DNA of 64,000 nucleotides, taken from NCBI RefSeq assembly GCF_030684315.1, contig NC_081383.1, positions 16,103,942 through 16,167,941 of the forward strand, read 5' to 3'. This document shows, in pieces, positions 11,001 through 23,680 of the stretch. The notes below the pieces were generated by a model. That model was not told the origin of the DNA. It did not search any database and worked only from the letters and a program-made list of their open reading frames with translations. This stretch comes from Stegostoma tigrinum (lineage: Eukaryota). Both the position numbers and the translations under genes were made by a program. Numbering within the stretch: position 1 is the stretch's first letter; every line of letters starts with the position of its first letter.

Positions 11001-13050
11001 TTTCTCTTTTGGTGAGGCAGAAAGTAAGCAGATATAACTTCAAAAGTAATGCTGCGGTCATCAAAATAAAAACCTTCTCACCGCTTGTGGAGCTTCTTAC
11101 AGACTCCAACAAAGATCCATTTAAAAATAAAAAGCAAGAAGAAAAGCAATACTATGGGTATAATGGCTGCTGACTGTATATCTTTGAATTGGTTCTTTGA
11201 TATAGGACTTTTTCACTTTATAGAAGTCTTTTTTGAGGTTTTGATCGATCACCCAACCCAACAGGAAAAGATTTGTATTTATATAAAACCTTTCATGACC
11301 ACTGGATGTCTGAAAGTGTTTTCCAACCAATTAAATACATTTGTAGTTTTTTATTGCTGTAACAAGAAACATAGCAGCTAACTTGCACATAGTTAACTTC
11401 CAGAAACAAAAATAAGGTTATAACCAGATAATCATCCTCTGGTGAAACGGTGATCCAGTCTCGCCAAGGTTTCAATGCTGGTCTTGACAGCCCTTTTGTT
11501 TCCCCTATCACCACTAGCCATCCAACTGGTCAAGCCAACTGAGCTAATCAGTGCACTATAATCCCACCATTTGAATCATCTGGGACTTGGAAACCAAGGG
11601 ATATATTAGAGAACAAAAGGTACCTCCCCAGAAAGAGAATGCAAGAGGGCTGAGTCCCTTGGCCCACATTTCATTTAGTTGTTAAATAACAGAAGAAAGG
11701 GGTCTGGAACCACAATGCTTGTCTGACTAGCTGCCTACTCTGTCTAGTGTCTACCTACCTCTCTGGATGTTTTCCAGTCTTTCAATTTGCTTTCCTGTCT
11801 CTCTGTAAATCTCAAACAGATATTTTCATGTCATTATCATTATTCATTTAATATTGTCATAAAAATAAACTTATTTAAATTTAAAATGTCTATTTCTCTT
11901 TCCTGTTCATGTTATCATCTCCTAATTTATTCTTGAATTTATTTGTATAATGTATATCATTTTCTTTCTCTCTGCTTTTTAATGCATAAGGGCCCTATTC
12001 CAGAAACCTACTGCATTTTAACATTTTGCTAAATCTTTTTTCTCCTATTGAGGCAGAATAGAATTTATAAACATTTGGCTCCACAGGCTGTGCTATGGGA
12101 AAGTCATAAATACGGCACTAAAATAGGCTAAATTAGAGAATGTTACAAAAGGTTTTTTTTTTCAGATAGTTCCAGCATGATTAAGGGAATCTTTAATGCA
12201 CCGTGTGAAATAGAAATGAAGTAAAGCTATGAGCAGACAAATTCCCATTGAATCACTGCAAGAATCCAGACCACTAAATCTCAGTTTCGCTTGAAACTTT
12301 ATAGCAGAGTAAAATGTAGTGGAGTTGGCATTTTCTGTATTTCAGTTGTGGAGTATGAGAGAGAGGAATCACAAGTGAATCTATGCTCAAGTGAAGCGAA
12401 AAGAAAATGCTAGCCCTTGCTCTAATAAACTGGACAACCTCAAATAAAATTGGATTTTGGGCCCAACTTACTACTTGTCTCATTTATTCTGAGTGAAATC
12501 CCAAAACAGGTCTGCGATTAATACTTTAAAAAATGAACAAAGTTCATGCACAAAAATCCAAGGAAATGTAATCAGATATTCAAGGCAAATTAGGGTAGTG
12601 TGAAAGAAATGTTGACAAATTGAGCTCACAGAGGGTTGTAAAGGAGATAGACGTAAAAGACATTAGAATGACACCTTCCTGAAAGTGAAGATACTTGAAT
12701 AATCCAGAAGTCAATGTTGTATTATGGCATCGATTCCAGACTAGATAGTATTGTGACATGTGACATTCTGATATAAAGGTATCTTCCCATCCTGCATCGA
12801 CTTTGTCAATGTAATGGAGTCAATATAGTCGGTCAGCTGTGTGTGCCATGTACAGTAACATTAGAAAGCATTAAATCTGTGATATTATAGCCATCTAAAT
12901 TGTCAATGTTGCAAATAAACTTCAAGACATCCTTCTCAATAAGAACACAACTGCCTGTGGTACATGTAACATGAGCTGGTATATAGAAAACCACGAAGTA
13001 TATCAGTCAATGATTTTGGCCAAAGGGTGAAAACAGAACAAGTACTAATA

Positions 13051-13266
13051 GAGACAGTACGAACTGCTCTTGCTGGAGAATCTGAGATAACAAGGTGTAG
13101 AGCTGGATGAACACAGCGGGCCAAGCAGCATCAAAGGAGCAGGAAAGCAGATGTTTTGGGTCTGGACCTGTTTCTGAAGAAGAGTCCAGACCCAAAACAT
13201 TAGCTTTCCTGCTCTTCTGATGCTGGTCGGCCTGCTGTGCTCATCCAGCTCTACACCTTGTTATCT
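13051..13266. mobile_element. Short fold-back Penelope (Neptune-family) terminal-repeat insertion
   Basis: Inverted arms ~13085-13167 / 13184-13266; 11-bp TSD AAGTACTAATA (13040-13050, 13267-13277); matches the element end at 51010-51133. Confidence 0.8.
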
Positions 13267-14737
13267 AAGTACTAATACACCAGTTTGAAAAGCTGAATTT
13301 AGGTCAAAATTTTGTTCCACAGTGCTAATCATTATAATTTGAATTTACCTGAATGTGCTAAAGAATTACCAGGCGAAGAAAAAATTACGTGTCCCTTATA
13401 AACAGATGCAGAAATTCGGATATAAGATTAAATGGATCTGTTACGTAAAGGAGGCAATATGGTATCTTTGTGATGCTGGCTCAATAACATAAACTCTGCT
13501 AGTACTAATTGTGCTGCCAATTGGTTGATCAGAATCCCTAAATTGATATTTGCTAACATTGCTGAAAGCTAGCTGCTGAAAGGAAAGATACATTGAGGCT
13601 GCAGTAGCTGAGAAGATGCCCATAATCTGAATCCGACATGGGAAAGACAGAAGAATGTATGAAACTGCAAAAGGTGGGCCACCCACACTTTTCAATGCTG
13701 GCCCAGGTGAAGAAAGTGGAACGGGGACAGATGTCCAATATACTGTCCCAAGTGGGCTGTCCAGACACAAACTGAAATAACAATGGGAACAGTAAGCCAG
13801 CCTGATAATGTCACAATCCTGGCCCCAACGGCTGGATATAGTGTCATAAGAAGTTTAATTACCTCACATGAGTAGTTAGGTCAGTAAGTGCATCTTCAAA
13901 TTCTACCAACTGTGTCATGAGTTTCAGCTGTGACTGAAATTGCCACATTCTTATTACTCACTTAGCAAACATTTGTACCAATCAGAGCTCACATCGAACA
14001 TAGAAGTGGTGCAAAATACAAAGTTTAACACAGCTGTGGACCTCATGCATACACACACAGAAACACACATACAGCCAGCTATGCCACCCAAACCATTTGC
14101 AGAATTCTCACTGACACACATTGCTCTCTTTAGCAGGGAGGAGATAGTGCAGGACTAGAGGCATGAAGAACTAACCAGAGGAGGAAAGGCACATCTGCAT
14201 ATTTAAATGGTCATGAAGCAGATGGTCCTGCTGATTATTATCAAAAGTGCAACTGCAAGCTCAGAGGCTGAAACAACTGAAGGTCACACCTTTTTCCTTA
14301 GTCCTCCTTGGCACATACAATCTACCGCGTCCTCAACCCACAAGCTCTTCCGATTTACAAAGCTGTGGATTGTATATGTACATGATCACCTTACTCTTCC
14401 ATTCCTTCAGGTCAGTCCCCTGTGCCCCACAACTTTATCCTTGTACCTTTGAGCTTTCAGAATGAACAAGTGCAAACTGGTCAGGCAGTGGAGTATGGGG
14501 AGAGTGGTCATGAGAACACACTGCCATTTGATTGCTATCTTTCCTCTCATGGATTGTTAACATTGTTTTGTGGATACTCCAAAAAAAGTGGAGGTGGATA
14601 ACAAGCTGTAGGGAGCACAGGATTGCTGATGTCTGTCAAAGTGACAGCAGTCGTCCCCACAAGCCTACTACTGCTCTGGATGGTCCTTATCCACCAGCTC
14701 AGAGATCATGTTGATGCTCTGTTTGACAGGTCCAAGT

Positions 14738-15705
14738 GCTCCTTTCGGAGAGGTGAGGTGGCCATCTAAGGGTGCACAGATAACGAACTTAAATGTTTCT
14801 TTTTAATTCTGCTTTTAAGTTGAGTTGAGCTAGATTGGCATAAGGGAAAGGTTACAGGGCAGTCCATCAATAAATACAAGCTGCCTACAACCAACAAATT
14901 AAACCCAAATATGACCCTCATGAAGCTTCTTACTTGCAACGTGGCCATCAATAAACAAAGTAGATTTGCGGAAGTTTAAAGAATCCAGATATATCCAGGG
15001 TTGCCTTTTGAGGGAAATTGCAGTCTCTCCAGAGAAGGTCAGCAGCTTTCCAGCAGTCATGCTGCACCCACTGGGTTTGCAATATAAGAAACACTGGCAC
15101 AGCAGGCATACAGATCTGAATTTTTCACAATGAGTGAGATGATCTCCCATTAAGCCAAAAACTACTAGAATACTAATTTTACATGTTCTACCCCTACTAT
15201 TTTGACGATTGAGTGAGAGGGATGGTGGGGAGCTAGCAACAGTTGTAGTTCTCACATCTCCAGCCCACAGAGACACAGTGTCAATGTAAAAGTGCAGATG
15301 CTGCATTCATTCAAACACCACCTTCATCAGTGGGATATCCAAAATACAACTTGCAGGACTTACACTTTGCAGAAAAAGGTATAAATATATCAGACATCTT
15401 TCGAGACATAGAGTACTATTTTGGAGAGGTAACATATTCTTTTGGACATTTTCAGCGGCTCCTTTCGGTGACGTAAGGGGGTCATCTAAGATTGCACTGA
15501 TAATGAACTTAGATGCTTCATTTTAATTTTGCTTTTAAGTTTAGTTGATCTGGATTGACATAAGGAGAAGGTTACAGATCAGTCCATCAATAAATACAAG
15601 CTGTTTACAACAAACAATTTAAACCCAATATGACCCTATCATGAAGCTTCTTATTCGCAATATGGCCATCAATAAACAAAGTGGATTTGTGGAAGTTTAA
15701 AGAAT
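14738..15705 (+). repeat. Two diverged ~247-bp direct repeats (14738-14984, 15458-15705), 720 bp apart
   Basis: Shared blocks GCTCCTTTCGG, CAGTCCATCAATAAATACAAGCTG, ATGAAGCTTCTTA, GGCCATCAATAAACAAAGT and GGAAGTTTAAAGAAT. Confidence 0.85.
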
Positions 15706-16684
15706 GTAACAATGTTGCCCTGTTAAAAATTTAATGAGACAATATTAGATATAGTTAAAATCCATGTAAGGTCAACATTGCTGTTTTAATTATTCATATT
15801 CAGATTTTGCTCTCATTTACACATTATCCTCAGGTACTTGGATGCAATGATTTATCGACGTGTTCATTAATAATGTATTGCTGTGGATTCCATTAAAGAC
15901 ACAGGGTGTGATTTTATTACTGTTGTGCTAGTTCAAAATACATTCAGAATCAGTTGTGGAGCCCAAATAGGTATTCGCCTCATGGTTTGTGAGTTGAATC
16001 TTTGTTTGCATGAAAACTTACAAAGAAAAGGAAAGTTGAGGCCAAACATATTGATTGACGCATTTACTGATATATTGGATGAATTGGAAAATACAAGCCT
16101 TTATTAATTCTGCTACTTGTAAAAAATTGCATATTGTTAGCACTGAAAGTATCATGTCACTTACAATATCACGGAGATGTGCTGTTGCAGGATCTATGAT
16201 TGAATCTGCTGCACCATCCTTTCAGATGATGCAATCCAGATCTAAGCAGTCCTCTAAGTGAAATAAACTTATCAAGTGCTTTTTTCGCTGGCAAATTTAA
16301 ATATCTATCAGCATGGGACCTCAAGAAAGAATCATTTCAGGGTTTATATATCAAATCCACTTTTTAAATTTGAGAATGTGAATTTTAAAGAATTGATGGT
16401 AAATGCATGTAATCTTGATTTAAAAAGTAGGGCGAAAACCATTCCTAAAACAATTGATCATTCCTTCAATAATTAAATTTAAATCCTCCCTTCCTCCCTT
16501 CTCTAGTCCCCAGCATGTAGAACATGAACAACTTGAAAGGACGTGGGATATTGCTACTTGAAATGCCTGACAGCACCCACTGAACTGGTTTCAACTAAAA
16601 TTCCCTGAAACAGTACCAAGTTTTTGGGAATAATTTCAGTCCTAATGTTGAATTCAAGCTCAATTTCAAACTTTCATATATCTA

Positions 16685-17107
16685 ATGTTTTGGAGCAGAT
16701 CTGTAACTTGGGTTGTGGGTTTTGATGTTGGTTGGCTCGCCAAGGTGGCTTGTTGTTCCCCTGACGTTTCGTTACCGTGCCTAGTAACATCCTCAGTGCA
16801 GCCTCTGATGAAGTGTCAGTGTGTTTTCCTCGCCTGGTTTTTAAGCTGTGGTGTCTGTTGCGATCGATTGCCTCACTTCCGGGTTTCCTCCGTAGTGGAA
16901 TGTACATTGAACTCGACCCCATATACATTCCACTACGGAGGAAAGCCGGAAGTGAGGCAATCGATCGCAACGGACCCCAGAGTTTAAAAATCAGGCGGGA
17001 AAATACACCAACGCTTCATCAGAGGCTGCACTGAGGATGTTACCAAGCACAGTAATAAAACATCTGCAGATCAACAAACCAGCTCAGTGAGCCAACCAAC
17101 ATCAACA
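16685..17107. mobile_element. Palindromic Penelope pLTR-derived insertion (~185-bp arms)
   Basis: ~16722-16906 is the reverse complement of ~16922-17105. The right arm translates to IELDPIYIPLRRKAG, like the Penelope ORF end IDLEPIFHPLRKRTG. Degenerate TSD TTTCATATATCTA (16672-16684) / TTTCACAAATCTA (17108-17120). Confidence 0.85.
16763..16796 (-). ncRNA. Minimal type I hammerhead ribozyme motif (Penelope type), intact core
   Basis: Minus strand reads CUGAGGA-U-GUUACU-AGGCAC-GGUAAC-GAAA-CGUC: core boxes, 6-bp stem II, palindromic ACGU and GUC cleavage triplet. Stem I pairing is poor in this copy. Confidence 0.7.
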
Positions 17108-18834
17108 TTTCACAAATCTACTCTGTTCGCTGATGGTCATAATCAAGTAAGGAACTTCATAGTAAGGTCGTAAGTATTGATACTCAACCTATTCAGCCAT
17201 GTTAGGGTATACCTCTGGAGCAGGTGAAAATTGAACCTGGGACTTCTGACTCAGGGGTGGGGACATTACCACTATGACATATGAGCACTCAAAACTTTGC
17301 TACGGTCTTATTCAGATTTAAAGTGTCAATGGTAAACAACTTGTATTAATTGACGAATCGCTCTGTAACCTTTTTCCTGATATCAACACAGGGCAATTAA
17401 AACTAAAATCAAAATGAAATAGAGTGACTAAATTCACCATCTTTGCACCCTTGGATTACTTTTCAGATTCTGCGTTGGTCTCAGATCAACCATGATAATG
17501 TAGTGAGGTTAGTTGTTTGCCAACGCTGGCGTTGTTCAACAATTGGTGAAATAGGTACCATCTAAGGAGCATGCAATGACATGTTAACAAATTGACCTTA
17601 GAACGGAGGCCCAAACAAGGAAGTGGTGAATAGCAAGGACCAGGTGGATTTTCTAGTCTGGAACATTGCCATCTAGTTTCTCAGGAGAGGAGGGAAGAAT
17701 CAATGGGCTGCATAGAAAGAGGCAATGTTTGCTAATAATGAGATGAAAATGCACGCAAATGAGGCAGTCACTGCTTATTAACAAGATCACTACTCGTGGC
17801 TGAAATGGTAAGGGGAAATTTGGAACTATTTTCTCAATGTCAAGATTCATATTTTTTCAATCTCAACATATTTTCCACACATTTCTCACTGTTGCCCACC
17901 ATTTAACTGCCAATTAGAAAAGCCTTTAAGAAGTATATGCAAATTTAAAACAAGGCATTTTGAAATTATTGGAAGTCAATGGCCGGGAAATCTGGGACAG
18001 ATACATAAAGAATAGCTGATTCCAGTATCTCCTAAAGCCAATATTATTGTCACTAAGCAAGCTGAAATATGAAATTTTACGACATACCAAATGATTTCCC
18101 AAGCAATTTTCTGCCACAATAGCTGTGTCCCTACCTCTAAGCCTGGAGGCACAGGTTAAATTCCCACATGCTCCAAAAGTATGCAAAAAACTAAGCAGGT
18201 TGAATGGACAATGCACAGAAGGTTGATGGGGAATGGTAAGCAAACAAGGATCTACAAATAAGCAGGCATATTGATATCAAGTTCTTTGGACTATTACTTA
18301 CTTTAATTCATGAGGTTAATGCCTTTATTGGAAAAGTAATAAAAAAATTACAATAATTTATTTATTTTTATTAATGCCAAACAAAACATGGCTTCAACTG
18401 AGATATCCTTGACAATTGTAGATAATTCAAATGTAAAACTAAATTAAAGCAATAGCTCGGAATGTCCTGGGTCACACTTCAGCTCTGCCAATGCAACTGT
18501 GCTTCAATGGGCTTCTGGCCCGGTCCAGCAAAATCACAGAGGTGAGGTGGGAATATCTCTGAGGAAATACCTGGACACTTTTTATTTGAAACATAAAACA
18601 TCACAAACCCTCCAGCTTCACCATCCCCTTCCCTGACCCCACCATCACTGATGTTGCAAGTTGCCCTTGTCCCATACAACCCCCATTGTATCATGATCTC
18701 TTTTTAACTTTGGTTGAAAGTGGTGTTAAAAGATGGTATTCATTTTTAGCCCAGCATGTAGATTTTCTGAACAAATGTGGAGCAGTTTTGAATCCTGTTA
18801 AACAAAGGTATTAAGGGATATGGGCCAGAGGCAG

Positions 18835-19130
18835 GTCATGGACTTACAGATATATACAGCACAGAAATAGACCCTTCCAAACAACTCATCCTTGCCAACT
18901 AGATGTTCAATATTAATCTAGTCCCTTTGGCCAGTATTTGGCCCATATCTCTCTAAATCCTTCATATTCATATACTCCTCTAGATGCTTTTTAAATGTTG
19001 TAATAGTACCAGCCTCCACCACTTCCTCTGGCAGCTCATTCCATACATGCACCACCTTTTGCGTGAAAATAATGCCCCTTAGGTCCCTTTTAAACCTTTC
19101 CCTTCTCCCCTCAAACCTACACACACTAGT
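18835..19130 (-). mobile_element. CR1/HER1 LINE 3' fragment
   Basis: ORF 18918..19124 FTQKVVHVWNELPEEVVEAGTITTFKKHL is a CR1 ORF2 C-terminus. Confidence 0.8.
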
Positions 19131-19989
19131 TTTGGATTCTCCAATCTACGGGCTTAGACCATAGATCAGCCATGAAGTCATTGAATGACAGAAAAGACTC
19201 AAGTGGCTTGAAAGGCCTATTCCTGTTCCAGTGTTCCATTGCTCCTATGTTGTGTTCCAACAAACAAGGCTCCCCCAGAAGCTCATCTTGTAAATCCAGC
19301 TTCATGGTGGACAATGCAGTGATGATTTGAAGATCCTAGTGGGAAGCAGCACTTAATAGGAGGAATGTCTTAGGAGAATCGCTGACATACAATTTTTATC
19401 CACTACAATAAAGACGTGTCAGACTATGGACTATCCGCCTGAGATTTCTTGAGATATACCATCTGTATTCATTAAATTCCAGAAACACCATTCTCCAATA
19501 GAACAGGACCTATATTCACCTCCAGATCATCAACATTCCCTCTGGCCTGGTCTTGTTACTTCCCATCTAATATCAATCTAAAGTAATTGGTAATGGAAAC
19601 AAAGCAGACAGAAGGAAAAACATTTTCACGTGGCAAGTAATTAAAATCTGGAACACACTGCCTGAGTGCATGGTGGAAGTTGGTTCAAATGAAGCATTCA
19701 AAAGGGAAATGAACTCTTAATTAGAATGGAATAATGTACAGGGGCGAGATTGTCCTAATGAGCAATTCACAGGAGCCATACAACCTCCTTCAGCACCAAA
19801 GCAATTCTGTGAAGTCCTGGATTTACTTAAAATTCAATAGACACTTTTTGGACTTAACTGATATGAGGGAATGGATACACACTCTCTGCCCTGCCAATAC
19901 TCAAGCAGTCGGTCAAATTTAATTCTTAAATAAACACATGAAAGCAAACTGGATTGAATTTAACTGAATGGTGGACGGTGAAAGTTACA

Positions 19990-21690
19990 TTGATGATTTT
20001 GATTTGATCCTTTCTCTCAATAGAAATATAAACCCAATTTTCTCTCTCAATTGCTGGTGGACCTCCAATTGCATTTCAAGTTGGCAATGTTTGTGCAGTA
20101 TTTTGAACTCGATTTCTCTGCCCTTGACGGGTGGGTGACAGAGGTGGTTTTTCACAGAGGAACACATGCGTCAGTGACTATCGAATCCAAGTGAACGGGC
20201 TGTTTTTTTTAATCTTCATCCAGCACGTGGTGTTTGCCTCCCAACAACGTGTAACAAATGGTTTTTATTTTACATTGCACTTTGAGCCATTTGACGAGCG
20301 CAAGGCGCGCGGAAAATGTATTTATTGTTAAGTTCAGGGGCAGTGTGTAACAGTCAATGAATTTGAAGACATGAAATCAACATTTATGAAAATCCACGGT
20401 TATTTCAAATACTCTTGTAACAATGCCCCACTAATCGAGAATGTGTCCACGGCTTTAATGTCGACCTTGATCAGAATACATCGGATCAGAGTTACACACA
20501 ATGGATAGATTTACAATATAGGACAAAAATAAATATGTGAGCGTATTAGACTAAAGAATTAATGGGCAATATGGGCAATTTGAACTCCTCACAGCTCCCA
20601 GGGGAACTTTTGAGGGTTCTCAGCCAGAAAAAAAGCAGTAAAGTCAGCCAATGTAAGCGAATAAACACCTCCTGCCTTTCTGGATTGAATGCTGAATCTT
20701 GAGTTTAACGGAGCCTCTGTTTTGTTTCTTTTAAAGCATAGTCCGATTAAGACAAAGAGAGTTTACAACACTATACCCTCAGCTAACCTCTCCCCGCCAC
20801 TGATCTCAACTATTGCAAATTTGCATACGTTGTATTGTGAAAACCTACTTAATAATTACTTCTACAGGACAAATGTAATCATGGATATGTTTCACAGATG
20901 GCTGCTGGAAAACACAGGGAAGAGAATGCATGTCCGCCCGCAGGCGAACAGACAAGACTCCGGTCCACCCACGACAGCAGCTCGCCTTTGTCTAATCTTG
21001 CACCATAGAATATGCTTCATAGGCAAGTTTAAATTCAAGATGTTACAGCCCTGAATTTCTGCCGTTGTTCAACCTGATTTCAATTAATTATCTTGCTGAC
21101 GATAATGCAGTATTTAATACAATGTAAAGTGATTGGCTCAAATTGCTCCTCAGATCTATCGGCTACCTCGTGTAATTTTTTTTGTAACTGCCTTTTTTAT
21201 ATTCGTTTTCTTTATGTGTTACAACCACGAAGACAAAACTTTTAAATGAATAATTAAGTCAGAAGCTTTAGTTGCCATTTGTTTTTACTTGCAGCTTCTC
21301 TCTCTCTCCTGAGCCGCTAAATACAATGAATTGTTCTGTACATTTGTCTCCCTGTGCCTCTGGATTGGTGCTGTTATTGTCCTCTCCCTGCATTGTTTCC
21401 TGGGAGTTGTGCCACATGAACAGAATGTGAATACAGCAACATAATCCAGTCGCCCAGGCCCTAAGGCTGACAGATTCCAGGGAGCAGGATTTTTGTTTAC
21501 ACTACATGCATGTACAAAATCTGATCAAATGAAAACAGAGAGATTTATTGGAACGATTCTAAATCGGACGTGAGAGGGCTTATGCCTATTATGTTAAGGA
21601 TTAAAAGTGCTTGCTTTTTTTTGCTTCTTACAATTATACAAGTTACAGCTGTGGCTCCCTTCTAATGGTTTGACCTAATTCGACCTTTTG
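19990..21690. promoter_or_regulatory. Repeat-poor, CpG-retaining region; possible enhancer/promoter
   Basis: No recognisable TE. More CpGs than the flanks (e.g. GACGAGCGCAAGGCGCGCGG at ~20293-20312), CCAAT at ~20648, SOX- and homeobox-like words. Function is inferred only. Confidence 0.3.
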
Positions 21691-22019
21691 CACATTATTA
21701 TTTTCAGGAGCTTGCTGTGTAGAAACTGATTGGTGTATTTCCTACGTTACTACAGTGGCTACATTTCAAAACTGCTTCAATGTCTGTTAAGTACTTTGCA
21801 ATGTTCTGAATATAAATTCAGTGTTTTATTTCATCATTCTATACCACATACCTCATACATTGCAAGGCACTCATTACTACCAGTGGCTAAACTGCAGTAA
21901 GAACCCATTCCTCATATGTATTCTAAAGCCTTTCGATTCCTTTTCCATTTCTTTAAATTGTGAAGTTTCTCTCTTGCTATCTTTCTATTCCTGTAAGTAT
22001 TGACTTTTCTTGGAAAAGT

Positions 22020-22850
22020 TTCCAACTTGTAAGTAGCCATCAGTGATAACTGGATTTTGCATACCTACACTCTCGGTGTGTCCTGTGGCGGATGATGCGA
22101 TCAGCATGACATGGACAACATTCATGCCTCATGCCACAACAGTGCCAGGCAATATCATCTCTTAAACAAAGAGAAGCTCATCATCTTACCTCATGGCATT
22201 GCAACCACCAAATACCCCACCATCAACAGCACTGAACAAAGATTTGCCTAGACCCGCCATATAAATACTGTGACTACAAGAGAGAATCACGCACTGAGAA
22301 TTCTATGGTAACTGACCTCTTGATTATTTAAAGCCTGTCCACCATCTACAAGTCAAGAGTGTGATGGAATACTCTTCACTTGCCTGTATGTGTGCAGCTC
22401 CAACAAAAAAAGCTTGTCATCCCCCATGACAATGCTGCCTGTTTAACTAGAACTCTACCCTAAACATTCACTTTCTCCAGCTCCCCAATGCACAGTGGCA
22501 GCATCAACTAAATGGATTGCAGCAACTCATCAGGTCTCTTTCAGAAGAATCTTCCAAACTTATGGTCTTCTCCCAGGTAGAAGGCTAAAAGCAGGAGATC
22601 CAAGGGAACACCATCACCCGCGAATTCCCCTTCAAAGCAAACACCATCCTGACTTGGAACTGTATCTCCATTCCTTCACTGGGTTAAAGTCCTGGAATTC
22701 CATTCGTAACAGCTTTGAGAGTGTATGTGTATCATATACCACACTGACTGTGGTAGATCAATAACTAGCTCATCAGCACTTATAAATTAGAGATTGATCA
22801 TCAATGCTGACTTTGCCAGCTTCACAAATAAACCTATGAGCAAATAAAAG
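22020..22850 (+). mobile_element. Decayed CR1/L2-group LINE 3' region
   Basis: CCTGTCCACCATCTACAAG...GTGTGATGGAATACTCT, TCCTTCACTGGGTTAAAGTCCTGGAATTCC, and a tail related to the SINE tails at ~36200 and ~47200. Confidence 0.6.
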
Positions 22851-23549
22851 ACCTGTTATAGAAATGAAACAGACTTGATGGACCTGTTGGCCTTTATTTC
22901 TGCATCAATTTTAGATGTTTGTTCGACATACAATAATACACCTTTTAACAGAAAACTGGTAATAATTCAAAGGAGAAAACTTTTAATGAATGTGTGCAAG
23001 GAATAGCCAGAAGAATGGGACTAAGTGGATTGCTGTGTTGGGCAATTGGCACATGAGTGGTCCCCTTTCAGATTGTAAAATCATAGGGCTTATTAAAGGT
23101 AGAAACACAAATCTAGAAAATTATTATCCAGCTTGCTTCAAGAGAAAATGATGTACATTGCTGATAAAGCTCCTAGAGTAAATATTTCCAACTGGTTTGC
23201 ACAGTTCTCCTGTCTGTCCTCCAAAATCAGGCTCACTAAAGCTGATGGACCAATCTGAGCAGTGAATGTTCTATGCAACAGCTAACAGGAAGTAGAGAGT
23301 AAAACAAATAGCCCATTTGCAGGTTGGTGAGTTGTTACTAGCAGAGTGCCACAGGGATTAGTCAATTACTTGCAGTTCATATCAATTACTTGAATGAAGG
23401 AACTGAATAGTTGCTAAATTCATTGACAACACAAGCATAGATAGAAAAATGAGTTGTCAAGTGGACATAAAGATCTGAACTTTTGGAAGCATGGAGATGA
23501 TCTCCAGCTTAGCCAAAACAGTACCAGAGTCCCAATTCCAAATACTACA

Positions 23550-23680
23550 ACAGCAACAAAAACAAAATTGCTGGAAAAGCTCAGCAGCATGTGAAGGAAA
23601 AAACAGAGTTAACGTTTCGGGTCCAGTGGCCCTTCCTTAGAACCTTAGTTTTTGTTCCTAATTTACAGCATCCATAGTTC
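23550..23680 (-). mobile_element. Penelope terminal-repeat fragment with decayed hammerhead (23611-23640)
   Basis: Minus strand CUAAGGA-A-GGGCC-ACU-GGACCC-GAAACGUU, with flanks similar to 35490-35695. Confidence 0.55.

Noticed and set aside
15274-15312. V(D)J recombination signal heptamer CACAGTG
   Set aside because: No ACAAAAACC-like nonamer at 12 or 23 bp and no adjacent V/J segment.
18445-18545. Ig-domain-like peptide (ARNVLGHTS...SANATVL) before a GTGAGG donor
   Set aside because: Needs a frameshift, and lacks the YxC motif and a good acceptor; likely chance.
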